A DNA stretch of 64,000 nt from Stegostoma tigrinum (Eukaryota). Positions 38,749-51,100 of this stretch are shown piece by piece. The notes under the pieces were generated by a model, which saw only the letters and a program-made list of their open reading frames with translations, made no database searches and was not told where the DNA came from. Within the stretch, counting starts at the first letter, position 1. Every line of letters starts with the position of its first letter. Made by a program: the position numbers and the translations under genes. The stretch lies in contig NC_081357.1 of NCBI RefSeq assembly GCF_030684315.1, forward strand, positions 22,057,204 through 22,121,203, read 5' to 3'.

Positions 38749-40688
38749 CTTTTCAGGGTAATAGATAAATGGCCCGCATTTTGCAGATCCAGAAATTGAA
38801 TTTTCAAACAACTGCAATATAATGCATCAATAAGTTTGTGGATCATTGTTGCAGTGAGACTTTGGGTAGAAATGAAAAAAATACCGTTATAATGTCTCAC
38901 CCATTAGTAACACCACAGGAGATCTACAACAGTTTGGAGCTATCGAATAGAAAAGCCAAAAATTACTTACTTGGAAAGATAAAGAGACTGCAAAATGCTA
39001 AGCTTCAGAGACACCTGGTGTCCTAGTACACGAATCACTAAAAGTTAGCATGCAGGTGCAGCAAGTAGCTTGGAATGCAAATAGAATATTGTCATTTATT
39101 TCAATGAAAATGGATATAAAGGTAGGGAAGATTTCTCCAGGATATTGGAGAGATATTAATGAGAACATCAGATTGGGTTACTCATTGAATGACATTACCA
39201 CTATGTGGCTATATTAAAAAAAGGCCCAGCTTCTGATAAAAGCCCATGCAGTACAGTTAAATCTATTCAAATACATATCCTTTAAAGGAGAGCTAACCTC
39301 TTGATGATCTTTGAAACTGTCAATCAAACTGTGAATCTACAAGTCCCCAACTGTAAAAACATTCTGGCTGCCCTGTTCCAGAAGTCTTGGCATCTACTGA
39401 TATTGTTGGCAGTGAGGAGAGTGGGTTGTAGGGGGGCAGCAGGGGCTGTCTTATTTCACAGGTCCTTGGTTCATATTAGCATTTGGCATTTAGAAATACA
39501 GTTAAATTCAGACAGAAGCAATTTTGGTGACCAAGGAACACGCTTGTCGGCATTACAAATTGGATTGAAGATCTAATTCTCCTGGAGTTAATTGGAGAGA
39601 TAAGGCACTTTTTTGGAGAAGTTTTTTGTTTGGAAGGGTATGGTGCCTGTGAGGAAAATGTCATATTCTTTGGGATAGGTCACGGTCCTTTGGAAAGATC
39701 AGACAGCTCTTTGGCATTGTAGACATGAATGTGCATAAAAACTGGTAAGATTTATGGATCTGTCAAATTGTACAGGCATTGAAATTCCCCGCTGCTTGAA
39801 CCTTGTAAACAAAACATGGCTGCTGGTGATTTACAAGCTATTTGCTGACATAAGCTTGGTATTGGTGCTGCTTGACTGCTTCCAGGCCTTGCTTCTGCAG
39901 TGGGGAAACCTGTAGACCCTAGTATTGGTTCAAAGGTGGTCAAGGGTCTTGCTATGTGACAGACAACCCTGACCAGTTTTCTCGGGAGTGGGGCTGAGGC
40001 TGTGCTCAATTAAAGGTGCTCAGGAGATGTGATAGGCGGGATGGAGAAGTGGGATGCTGAGATCCACCCACCTGGTCTCAGTGCCCACTCCCTCCATCCT
40101 CTACCCCATGACCACCACCCATGATTAGCATTTGCTATAAACCACTCCAAGGATTTGTGCATGCTGATTGGTGTGCCGAGGCCCATTCTCAACATTGACT
40201 TCTGATATTTGGAGTTGCAGGAGAAAACAAAATTGGGAGCAATACTACCCCAGCGTCCCTTTCTGCCAACACTCATCCTTGGTGTTTGCAGTACCTGCAG
40301 CAGCCACCACCTATCATTGGCGCTGCTGAGTGCTGAAGCTGAGTCAGTCCTCCACTCCAGAGGTCCTCGATCCCAGAATTATGTCAGAGTTGGGGTGGGG
40401 GGGGAGAGTAAGGCCTGACACTTGACCTCTAAGTCTATCTATTGCAGCTATCTAAGGCCTCAGATTGAAGACAGCTAATTAACTATCCGCTAATGGTTTC
40501 AATCGGCAGTACAGCAGGAAGATGGTCCATGGTCCTTCCCTCCAGGGTAGGAGTAGGAAAGGAAGTCCCACCACCATACCTACCAGAAGGAAGGACAAAG
40601 GGGATTCCAACTCATGGATTTGCATCAAATAAATGGAGCTGTGGTAAAAAAAATCTTAAAATTCAACCCAATAATCATGAGCAAAATC

Positions 40689-41290
40689 ATAACAAAGTAT
40701 GAAGCTGGATGAACACAGGAGGCCAATCAGCATCTTAGGAGCACAAAAGCTGACGTTTCAGGCTTAGACTCTCCACCAGAAAAGGGGGAGGGGGAGAGGG
40801 TTCTGAAATAAATAGGGAGAGAGGGGGATCGAAGATGGATCGAGGAGAAGATAGGTGGAGAGGAGACAGACAAATTAAACAGGCGGGGATGGAGCCAGTA
40901 GAGGTGAGTGTAGGTGGGGAGGTAGGGAGGGGGTAGGTCAGTCCGGGGAGGACAGACAGGTCAAGGGGGCGGGATGAGGTTAGTAGGTAGGAAATGGAGG
41001 TGCGGCTTGAGGTGGGTGGAGGGGATAGGTGAGAGAAAGAACAGGTTAGGGAAGCGGGGATGAGGTGGGCTGGTTTTGGGATGCAGTGGGGGGAGGGGAG
41101 ATTTTGAAGCTGGTGAAGTCCACATTGATACCATTGGACTGCAGGGTTCCCAAGCGGAATATGAGTTGCTGTTCCTGCAACCTTCGGGTGGCAACGTTGT
41201 GGCACTGCAGGAGGCCCAGGATGGACATGTCATCTAAGGAATGGGAGGGGGAGTTGAAATGGTTTGCGACTTGGAGGTGCAGTTGTTTAT
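40689..41290 (-). repeat. Inverted copy of the element's own 3' ~600 bp (pseudo-LTR arm), lacking the terminal 34-nt tail
   Basis: Reverse complement of about 44310-44910. Confidence 0.92.
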
Positions 41291-44200
41291 TTTAACCTGA
41301 CTGTGAAGCCTCTTCCAGGGATGCCTAACCTGAAGAAGTTACCCTCCTCCCTCCGGACAAACCTCAGGGGATCTCTCTCCCACCGCAATTCTCTTGTAAT
41401 GTTTTCGGCCTTGAAACTGCTCACCATGTCCTGAAGCAAACCAGGTACCACAGCCACATCACCTTCCTCAGCACCTGCCTACGGAACCGGATCATCCCCA
41501 ATGGACTACAGTCCACATTCAAGCCTTCCCAATTTTGCCCCAAACGTGACAATATCTACATCCAGAATATTGAGACCCTTCCGAAGCGTTCCTCCCTACG
41601 ACTCCTGAAACACGTATTCGCAGCAATGTGCCGGCATCACCAGGCACTAGAATCAAGCCTACCCCAGGTCAGAGCCTCCCTCTCCCAGACCTGCAAAGGG
41701 CTGCTCCTGTTTTTTTATTCTCCATAGGACGCACAACCTGAACTCACAGTTTTACTCAGCTTTATTGGACACTAAAAACCATAAGTACAGCAAACTCAGT
41801 GGTCCCTGCCAACCAAAACGCGATTCCTCCGCCTCCCAAATCCCCAGCCTGACCCTGCACCTCCCCTACTATGTACCTGCCGCCATTGGCCAAGAGGCCA
41901 CTGCCGGAGAGCCCATAAATGACGTTATATCTGCCACGGCTGTGTACACCACTTCCGGGACCGCGAACGTGACCGCTGCTGTAGCCACTGCCTCCACTTC
42001 TGCAACCAACACCACAGACATTACCGTCACCGCTACTGCCGCTGCCTACCCTGCTTCGCCCACTGCCTACGCTGCTTCCGGCCCATCATGGACACGGATG
42101 CAACTGCGTCCACCGCCGACGCAACTCCGCCCACCGCTGACGCATCTCTGCCCACTCCTCACGTCGACGGACCCCCGTCTACAGCTGATGCCGGTGCTAC
42201 TCCGCCCACCACCACTGACGCAACCCCACCCACAGCAACACCAACGTATGTCCGCCCACAGCCGACGCCGATATCGCTCCGCCAACAGCCTCCACAGCCA
42301 GCAGCTCCACACTGAGCCCTGCCGAGTCATCACCATCTCCGCACCACCCCCCCCCCCCCCCCACCGACCTCCCCCTGGCTGAGGACAAACGGTCAGTCCT
42401 CAGCAAGGGACTCACCTTTGTCCCCCTCAACCCACACATCAACGAATCAACGAATACCAGTCACGCCTGGACATCGAGCAGTTTTTCCTCCACCTCCGCC
42501 TCCACGCTTACTTCTCTAACTGGGAGCCTAACCCTTCCTTTACTGAATCCTCCTCTCGCCTCCAATGCAAGTCCTCCTTATGGACACCACCCCAAGGCCT
42601 CTTACCCTCCCTCGACCTCTTCATCTCCAACTGCCGTCAAGACATCAATTGGCTCACCTTCTCCACCCCCTCACTCACTCCAACCTCTCCCCCGCAGAAC
42701 GTGCAGCCCTCCCAACCTCACCATCAAACCCGCAGACAAGGGAGGCCCAGTTCTAGTGTGGTGCACTGACCTCTACGTCGCCGAGGCCAGATGCCAACTC
42801 TCCGACACCTCATCCCACCGTCCCCTGGATCAGGATCCACCTCCGACCAGCAAACCATCATCTCCCAAACCATTCACAACCTCATCACCTCAGGAGACCT
42901 CCCACCCACAGCCTCCAAATTCATTTTTCCCCAACCCCGCACTGCCCGCTTCTATCTCCTTCCCAAAATCCACAAACTCGCCTGCCCTGGTCGACCCATT
43001 GTCTCAGCCTGTTCCTGCCCCACCGAACTCATCTCCACCTATCTGGACTCCATTTTATCCCCCTTGGTCCAGTAACTTCCTTCCTACATCCGTGACACCA
43101 CCCACACCCTCGACCTTCACCAGAAGTTCCAATTCTCCAGTCCCCAACACCTCATTTTCACCATGGACATCCAGTCCCTATACACCTGCATTCCCCATGC
43201 AGATGGCCTAAAGGCCCTCTGCTTCTTCCTGTTCCACAGACCCGACCAGTCCCCCTCCGCCGATACCCGCATCCACCTAGCCGAACTCGTCCTCACCCTC
43301 AACAACTTCTCTTTCGATTCCTCCCACTTCCTACAGACAAAGGGGGTGGCCATGGGTACCCGCATGGGCCCAAGCTATGCCTGCCTCTTTGTAGGTTATG
43401 TGGAACAATCCCTCTTCTGTACCTACACTGGCCCTATCCCCCACCTCCTCCCCCGTTATATCGATGACTGTATCAGCGCTGCCTCATGCTCCCATGAGAA
43501 GCTCGAACAGTTCATCCATTTCACCAATACCTTCCACCCCAACCTCAAGTTCACCTGGACCATCTCCAACACATCCCTCACCTTACTGGACCTTTCTATC
43601 TCTACCTCAGGCAACCATCTACAAACTGATTTCCATTTCAAGCCCACTGACTCCCACAGCTACCTAGAATACACCTCCTCCCACCCACCTTCCTGCAAAA
43701 TTCCATCCCCTTTTCCCAATTCCTTCGCCTCCCCCACATCTGCTCCCAGGATGAGGCATTCCACTCGCCTACATCTCAGATGTCCTCGTTTTTCAAGGAC
43801 TGCAACCTCTCCACCTCGATCGTGTCTCCCACATTTCCCACAACTCATCCCTCACACCCCGTCTCTGCAATAACCACCAAAAGAGAATCCCATACATCCT
43901 CACATACCACCCCACCAACCTCCGGATACAACGTATCATCCTCTGACACTTCCGCCATCTACAATCCGGCCCCACCATCAAAGACACTTTTCCATCCCCG
44001 CCCTTGTCTGCTTTCTGGAGGGACCACTCTCTCCGTGACTCCCTTGTCCGATCCACACTTCCCTCCAACCCCACCACACCCAGCACTTTTCCCTGCAACT
44101 GCAGGAAATGCTACACTTGCCCTACACCTCCTCTCTCACCCCCATCCCAGGCCCCAAGATGTCTTTCCACATCAAGCAGATGTTCATCTGCACATCTGCC

Positions 44201-44819
44201 AATGTAGTATACTGCATCCGCTGTTCCCGCTGTGACCTCCTCTACATTGGGGAAACCAAGCGGAGGCTTGGGGACCACTTTGCAGAACGCCTACACTCGG
44301 TTCGCACTAAACAACTACACCTCCCAGCCGCAAACCATTTCAACTCCCCCTCCCATTCCTCAGATGACATGTCCATCCTGGGCCTCCTGCAGTCCCACAA
44401 CGATGCCACCGAAGGTTGCAGGGACAGCAACTCATATTCCGCTTGGGAACCCTGCAGTCCAATGGTATCAATGTGGATTTCACAAGCTTCAAAATTTCCC
44501 CTCCCCCACTGCAACCCAAAACCAGCCCAACTCGTCCCCGCCTCCCTAGCCTGTTCTTCCTCTCACCTATCCCCTCCTCCAACCTCAAGCCACACTTCCA
44601 TTTCCTACCTACTAACCTCATCCCGCCCCCTTGACCTGTCTGTCCTCCTCGGACTGACCTACCCCCTCCCTACCTCCCCACCTACACTCACCTCTACTGG
44701 CTCCATCCCCGCCTCTTTAACTTGTCTGTCTCCTCTCCACCTATCTTCTCCTCTATCCATCTTCAATCCGCCTCCCCCCCTCCCTATTTATTTCAGAATC
44801 CTCTCCCCATCCCCCTTTT

Positions 44820-44847
44820 CTGATGAAGGGTCTAGGCCCGAAACGTC
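44820..44847 (+). ncRNA. Minimal hammerhead-ribozyme-like motif in the Penelope 3' repeat
   Basis: CTGATGA-a-GGGTC-ta-GGCCC-GAAAC-GTC: both core boxes, stem II and a GUC triplet are present. Helix III is vestigial and helix I is weak. Penelope-like elements are known to carry such minimal hammerheads. Confidence 0.65.
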
Positions 44848-46029
44848 AGCTTTTGTGTTCCTAAGATGCTGCTTGGCCTGCTGTGTTCATCCAGCTCCAC
44901 ACTTTGTTATCTTGGATTCTCCAGCATCTGCAGTTCCCATTATCTCATGAGCAAAATGATGACTGATTTTCCTTTTTCAGATGTATCTTGTATTATCTGT
45001 CCATCTTGGAAAGTTAAAGCATTCAACTGAGTGAGACATGACTGATGAGAATAAACAGCTCAGTTGCCATCAGATTCAAGGTTAATATTGTTTCTGAATT
45101 TTGTATAGAGTTGGACTTAAGGATCAGGTAACATGTGCTGAATAGTCTCCACAGAGGTTTGCAAAGCCTGGAACTCATCTTGGAAACAAATTTTATATGT
45201 GCTAACAGCTGGAAGAGATATAGACTGCATTATTAATGAAGATATTTGAGCTGGCTTGTAAAAATGCATTTATGGAGAGACAATGAAACTATGTAGCAAA
45301 TTCCTCAAGTTATAATTTATCAGATATTTTCGTTTAGTGTTTTCACATGAATCATCTAAACATTCTTGCTGGAGTTCCTTTGAACAGCAATAATTTTGTT
45401 TCTTCTTAAAACACTCCAATCTTTAAAGCCCTCTAGCAATCTCGTTAAAAGAGAAATGAATGAGATGTGAAGCAATCCCTTGCGCTATTATAATTTGGAG
45501 AAATTTTAATGTTTGGTAGATTATTCACATTTTGAATCTTCAAACTCAAAGCCACCACAGTATGCAACATACTTAGTAACTTGCACCTCAAGATCTGTGA
45601 CTTCTCCATGGCAACAAAAGGCCCATTATATAATGGAGAAGGCTAGCTAATGGTTGAAGTGTTACATTAGACCACAAAACCTAGAGGGCTGCTGGCTGCA
45701 ATTACAGCAGAGCTGCACACTAGAAGATTGGAAATTGTGCAGATAACTGTTGGCCGAAAGCAGTTTTCGATGCCAAAATGTAGTCTTGCCCATTTTTAAG
45801 CTGTGGTAGTCACTCTGGCTGATGTTGCATGGGCAGGCCAACTCATCATGGTGTATGAGCCGCTATTCATGACAAGGGTTGCTTACACCTTACATTTTAC
45901 ATTACAGCGTTTAGTTAGTGTAATGTGACGGGAGAAACCACTATCTGGTCTCACTAGAACAGTATCTTGTTGCCAACCAGTTTTCATTCATTGCACATGA
46001 GCAGCTAGTTATGGGCTACTTTAAGTTTT

Positions 46030-46378
46030 ATTCACTCACAGGATGAGTACAACACTGGCCAGGCCAACATTCTCCATCCCTAATTGCCCAGAGGGGAGCT
46101 AAGAGTCAACTGAATTGCTGTGGGTCTGGAGTCACATATAGGCCAGATAAGGTAAGGCTGGCAGTTTCCTTCTCTAAAGGTCATCAGTGAACGAGATGGA
46201 TCTTTCTGACAATTGACAATGGATTCAAGGTCATCATTAGACTCTTAATTGCAGGATTTTATCGTATTCAAATTCCACCATCTGCCAGGTTGAGATTCAA
46301 ACCCTGGTGCTCAAAACATTACTTGGGCCTCTGAATTAACAGTCCAGTGATAATACCACTCGGCCATCATCTCTCCCT
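46030..46378 (-). mobile_element. Second tRNA-headed SINE family (copies at 4980-5308 rev, 33653-33862 fwd, 56398-56722 rev, 61010-61155 rev, 63363-63910 fwd interrupted)
   Basis: Head tggccgagtggtattatcactggact...ggtttgaatc (A/B boxes). The 3' tail is shared with the second LINE family. Confidence 0.8.
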
Positions 46379-46678
46379 GATACATTACACTGTGGGCTGA
46401 ATCTTCTTAGAAATTAATCAAGTCCCGTTCTTGTTGAGCTCCATTGAGGGTTTCTCCTTGGGAGGCCTAGCAAATTTTCTCACACTATTATCCCAACCCA
46501 TCTCATTTGCGATGTACCAAGCTTCTAATGTTCCCATCCATCTAATGCTGTCTCAATTCTCCCACTTGTTGAAGGCAGAAGCGCTTGCTACAGCTGGGAT
46601 AACCCGGAATCCCTGGCACCAGCTTTGAAAGCCAACCATGTATCCAGTAAAACGCTAGCATTCCAGAGTCAAAATAGT

Positions 46679-46780
46679 GCACATAATGGGACAGCATCCA
46701 CACACTAAAAAGCACTTCTCAGGGCACATAGTGGGACAGCATCCACACACTAAAAAGCACTTCTCAGGGCACATAGTGGG
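46679..46780. repeat. 45-bp tandem duplication (about 2.2 copies)
   Basis: acata(a/g)tggg at 46681, 46726 and 46771; the intervening sequence is identical. Confidence 0.95.
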
Positions 46781-47244
46781 CTCAACTGCTGTTGCACATA
46801 CAACGGCTTATTCCTAAACCTATCTCTATTTAAGCACCATGGCACACAGCTTCCCTTTCCTTAGCCATGCCCCATTTTCCAAACCACGAGAAGTGACTGT
46901 TGCTCTTTCCCCCATGTCCACTGCAGCCCTGTATTTTATACAGTCCTGAAGAAAAAAATCAAACTGGACTCAAAACATTAACTCTGTTTTTCTCTCCAAA
47001 AACCTGCTGAGTTTCTCCAGCCCTCTCCGTTTTAATTTCAAATTGAAACTACTTCTGTGGCTCTCTCAATTAAAATAAAATTAATATGTTAATTTATTCC
47101 TTGGCAAGTGATTATTTTGCCAAATGATACCAAGCAATAGTAATAGAAAATGGAGTTTTATAAAAGCTGAGTTGAAACTACAAATTTTCTGTACTTGCCA
47201 CTTTTTTCAAATGACCTCTACCTTGATACTAACATGTAATTGAG

Positions 47245-47527
47245 GGTAGCACGCTGCCTCATGGCGCCAGGGGCCTGGGTTTGGTTCCCCCTTGGGTGAC
47301 TGTCTGTGTGGAGTTTGCATGTTTTTCCTGTATCTGTGTGGGTTTCCTCCCACAGTCTAAAGGTGTGCAGGCTAGGTGGATTGGCCGTGCTAAATTGCCC
47401 ATACCGTTCAGGGAGTTGTAGATGAGGTGCGTTTGACGAATGGGTCTGGGTGGGATGCTCTGGGGGTCAGTGTGGACTTGTTGGGCCAAAGGGCCTGTTT
47501 CCACACTGTAGGAATTCTATTCTATGT
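47245..47527 (+). mobile_element. HE1-type tRNA-derived SINE
   Basis: tagcacgctgcctcatggcgccagggg..ggtgactgtctgtgtggagtttgca..ggattggccgtgctaaattgccc, then a CR1-type tail gggcctgtttccacactgtaggaattctattctatg. Confidence 0.85.
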
Positions 47528-47679
47528 TGCAGCACTTCCTGAAGCTGGAGAAAATATTAGAAAAAAATACAATGAGAAAGGAATGATTCCACCTGGAAAC
47601 TGTCTGTGTCCAACTGAGGAAGTGAACAGAAGAATTCAACAGGCAATTTCAGCAATTAGATGAGATGGAATAAATCGTT

Positions 47680-48160
47680 ATGTTTGTCTCAAACCCATTC
47701 TGTTCAGTAGAGATTGTTGGATTGGCTAGTAAATTCCATTAGGCATTTGATTTATAAAGCTGTGGAGTTAAATAGAAATAAGTATTAGCCAAATCATCAA
47801 GGGACAGTGATTTTTGGGACTCATAAACAGAGCAGGATACCAACTCATATCTCCCATACTTTTAAACTGAAAGCTGACTTTGATTCCACATGCCCCTGTG
47901 AGACGACATTTTCTCAAATGAGGATAGTAGAGATGAAATACCGCGCCCACCTCAGAGGTACCCATTTGATGGACTGTATACGACTAACAAGGCTCTGGCA
48001 GACAACATGCAGTCTTTGCTAAGTAGACTGCAAAATGAATAATTATATGTACTTGGTTTTAGATTTATATAGCACTCAAAATAAACATTCTACTTTTTCT
48101 TCCTTACTGGTACTTAAATTCAAAAAGTGATCTTATGTTGAAAGGAGTTGCAGACCACTG
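47680..48160 (+). mobile_element. hAT (Charlie/SPIN/GTF2IRD2-like) transposase C-terminal remnant with right terminus
   Basis: FDSTCPCETTFSQMRIVEMKYRAHLRGTHLMDCIRL resembles the hAT dimerisation motif FGSTY.CE..FS.MK..KSK.RSRL...HL...LRL. Ends in a TIR-like ..gagttgcagaccactg. Confidence 0.75.
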
Positions 48161-51100
48161 CAAGTGGAGACTGTAAGAGCTGCACGAGTACTGAGGACTT
48201 GTGACCACAGCCCCACAACTCCCAAGAAAGGCACCATTGCACATAGGAGCATGTTGCATTGTACTTACAATTCAAAATGAGAGGAAATCAGCTCTCTTCT
48301 CCTGCGTAACTGGTGAGATCTCACATTAGTTTTGCATTTTGTGCTCTGTGGGTGTCTTTGGAATGTCAACTGGGAGTACTCCTGCTTCAGAGAGCTGTCC
48401 ATCTTCAATGTGTGATTACCCATGACATGGTCAGGTTTGCTCATGACCAGAGTTTGCAAATCCAAAATGTGTCCGTTGCTTCCCTTTCACATGCAGGAGG
48501 TTATGACTGTGGTACTCTGCCAGTGCATGATTGAAGAGCCTCTTATCTGTCTGATGTGAACCCTATGTATTAGACAGAAAATAAGCACTCGCTCCACCTA
48601 CTCTGGGTGTAGTCATTTTCCATTCATACTTTGCTCGGAGGAGATTTAAGAGAACAAAGAAGGCCAAACTGGTCGCAGTTGACACTGTGGACTTCAAACT
48701 AATAGTGAAGCCCACCTCCTTGCCCCACTGAACCTCCAAGTTCGTTTTGAACTGGCAGCCTCCGGAGAGCCATCATCATCGACGCCTCCCACCCACCCGC
48801 ATTGCCCCATTTGGAGTTATGACTGAAACTCTCTTCCTTACCCCTCCCACAACACTACGTGCTCCCCCCTTCAATGCCTGTCACCACAATTTACTCCTTC
48901 CCACCATCATCATGCACACTCCTCCCATTGAGATTGCACTTATAATGTTCCGTTCCTGCAGCATTCCTTGTCCTCCTGTGCGTGACTATGTCCCCTTATT
49001 ATATTGCTGGATTTTGCCCTTCACCAGCTCCCCTATCCCACATCCCAGGCTGTTGCCTCCATTTCCTAGCCACAGTGATGTCCTCGCTTGATTTGCATTC
49101 CGTTGATCCCCATTGATCACCGTTGACCAGGATCTACCTACCCCTCCCGGACTGACTTGGACAGACAACCCACGGTAATGACTGCTGACTGGATTCCTGA
49201 CTGATCTCCGTGCTGTTCCCCAACTGATGACCTGTGCCCGCCGCCCCCCCCCTCCCCCACCAACCCCGAGCGCAAACAGCCTGAAGAACTGACAACCCCA
49301 TTTCCTTGACTGTAATGAGATGGTTTCCCCGACCCTGACCACCCAAAGTGGATGAGTGACCCTGTCCAAGCTCCTGGACTAAACAGGGATAATGCCCCGG
49401 ACTGATTGTACTGGTACTCCTGAGTGAGGGTAGCCCTCCCTTGCTTTGACAGAGGTCTATTGCCCCTGTACACAGAGACATGACCACTTAGTTGAAGCTC
49501 ATGCAGTATGTTTCCATGTGAGCAGATGCCACATGCTGTAGCTGTGAGATTGACATCATGGTGCTGTTGACCAACTTGCCCATCATCACTTTTTTTAGCG
49601 ATGGCTGCTGAAAATCATGACAATCTGCTTGGATTTGGGTCTGTGCACAACAGTATGGCAAGGCAGGAAGTACTGTGAGCCATTAAGCACTGCATATTCT
49701 TCCTTTCCAGATAACGATTCAGTTCCCTTTTGAAGGTCAAAATTGAACCGGCCTCCACCTCATTGAGGCATTACATTCCAGATCCTAACCACTCACTGTA
49801 TAAATAATATGTTCCTCATGTCATCATTGTTTCCTTTACCTTTCAGCCCTGGATGACCCTACAAGGAACTCGTTGCTAGCATCTGGGGTCTAACACCAAC
49901 AACAAAGTAGTCATACAGGTTCATCTCTTACAGACAACGTCCCAGATGTCATCATCACAATTCCTGACAGTTGGACTGCAGTGGTTTAAGAAGGCAGCTC
50001 ACCCACACTTCTCAGGGACAACTAGGGATGAGCAATAAATGCTGGTCCAGCCAGCAATGCATCAATCCATAAATGGGAATAGTTGCTGTCTTTCAGATCC
50101 CTCATGATATTGATTTTTGTGTGTCTGAACTTCCTTTTTCACCATAACCTACAGAGCATCTTCTCCCTTGATAAAGATAGACGTGAACTGTTCATTTAAA
50201 ACTTTAGCTATGTCCTCTGCTTCCATGCATACATTCCTTTTCTGGCTCCTGATCAGCCCTATACCTTTTTTTAATACCATTTCACAATTTTATGCAGAAG
50301 ACTTCTGTCAAAGACTTCAGATTCACCTTCAGAAAAGAAGGGGTGTTCCATGGGCTCACAGTTTTTCAAAATTTATCTAAATGATTTGTAATTAGAATCA
50401 AAAGGATGATTTCAAAATTTGCAGATGAAAGCAAATTGGAAAGTATACTGAATACTCTGTGGCACTGTGACAAAATAGGAAGTCATTATCAAAACAGTTG
50501 GAAAATGAATGCGTAATCGACAAATTAATTTCTTTGTAGATCAAAGTGATACAGTACATTTTGTTAAGAAGAATAAGAAGGCCACGTTCACCTTTGAAAA
50601 TAGATGTTTCAATGGGTAGAGAACAGAGAGATCTGGGCATGCAGGTATGAAAAATGCTAAAGTAGAGATGTAGATAAGATGGCCATTAAAAAAAAACAAA
50701 TGGTGCCTGTTTAGAACTGATAAATTGAACTGAAAAGCTGAAAAGTTGTGTTAAAGTAATGTAGAATCTTGGTGAGATCATAGTTGGAGTACAGTGAACC
50801 ATTTTGGATTCTATTAGCAGAAGGATGTACACGTTGTGGAGAAGAATCAAAAAAAATTACTAGGTTGAGATGTTGTAATTATCTGGAAAGATTAACCAAT
50901 CGCATCTCCCTAGGAAAAAGAAAACTGAGAGGCGGTGTGATAGAGATTGTGGATGGGTACAATAGGGTACATATAAAAATGTTCCTATTTTCAGGTAAGT
51001 TCAGGTCTAGGGATCGTAATTACAAAACACTAATAAATCCAATAAGGGAATTCAGACAACTTCTCTATCAGGTAGTTGTTGTATGGTGGGATTTCTTTTT

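Larger units (their letters stand above)
40688..44944 (+). mobile_element. Near full-length Penelope-like element (probably Neptune-type), RT + GIY-YIG endonuclease, disrupted ORF, inverted 5' arm
   Basis: ORF begins about 41321. Motifs: [77 protein letters not shown], Cys linker CNCRKCYTC, NVVYCIRC..LYIGETKRRL. Perfect 13-bp TSD tcatgagcaaaat at 40675-40687 and 44945-44957. Multiple frameshifts and stops. Confidence 0.95.

Noticed and set aside
44108-44950. 280-aa ORF as a domesticated GIY-YIG gene
   Set aside because: Frameshifted read-through of a TE copy into its 3' repeat; many similar copies occur in the window.
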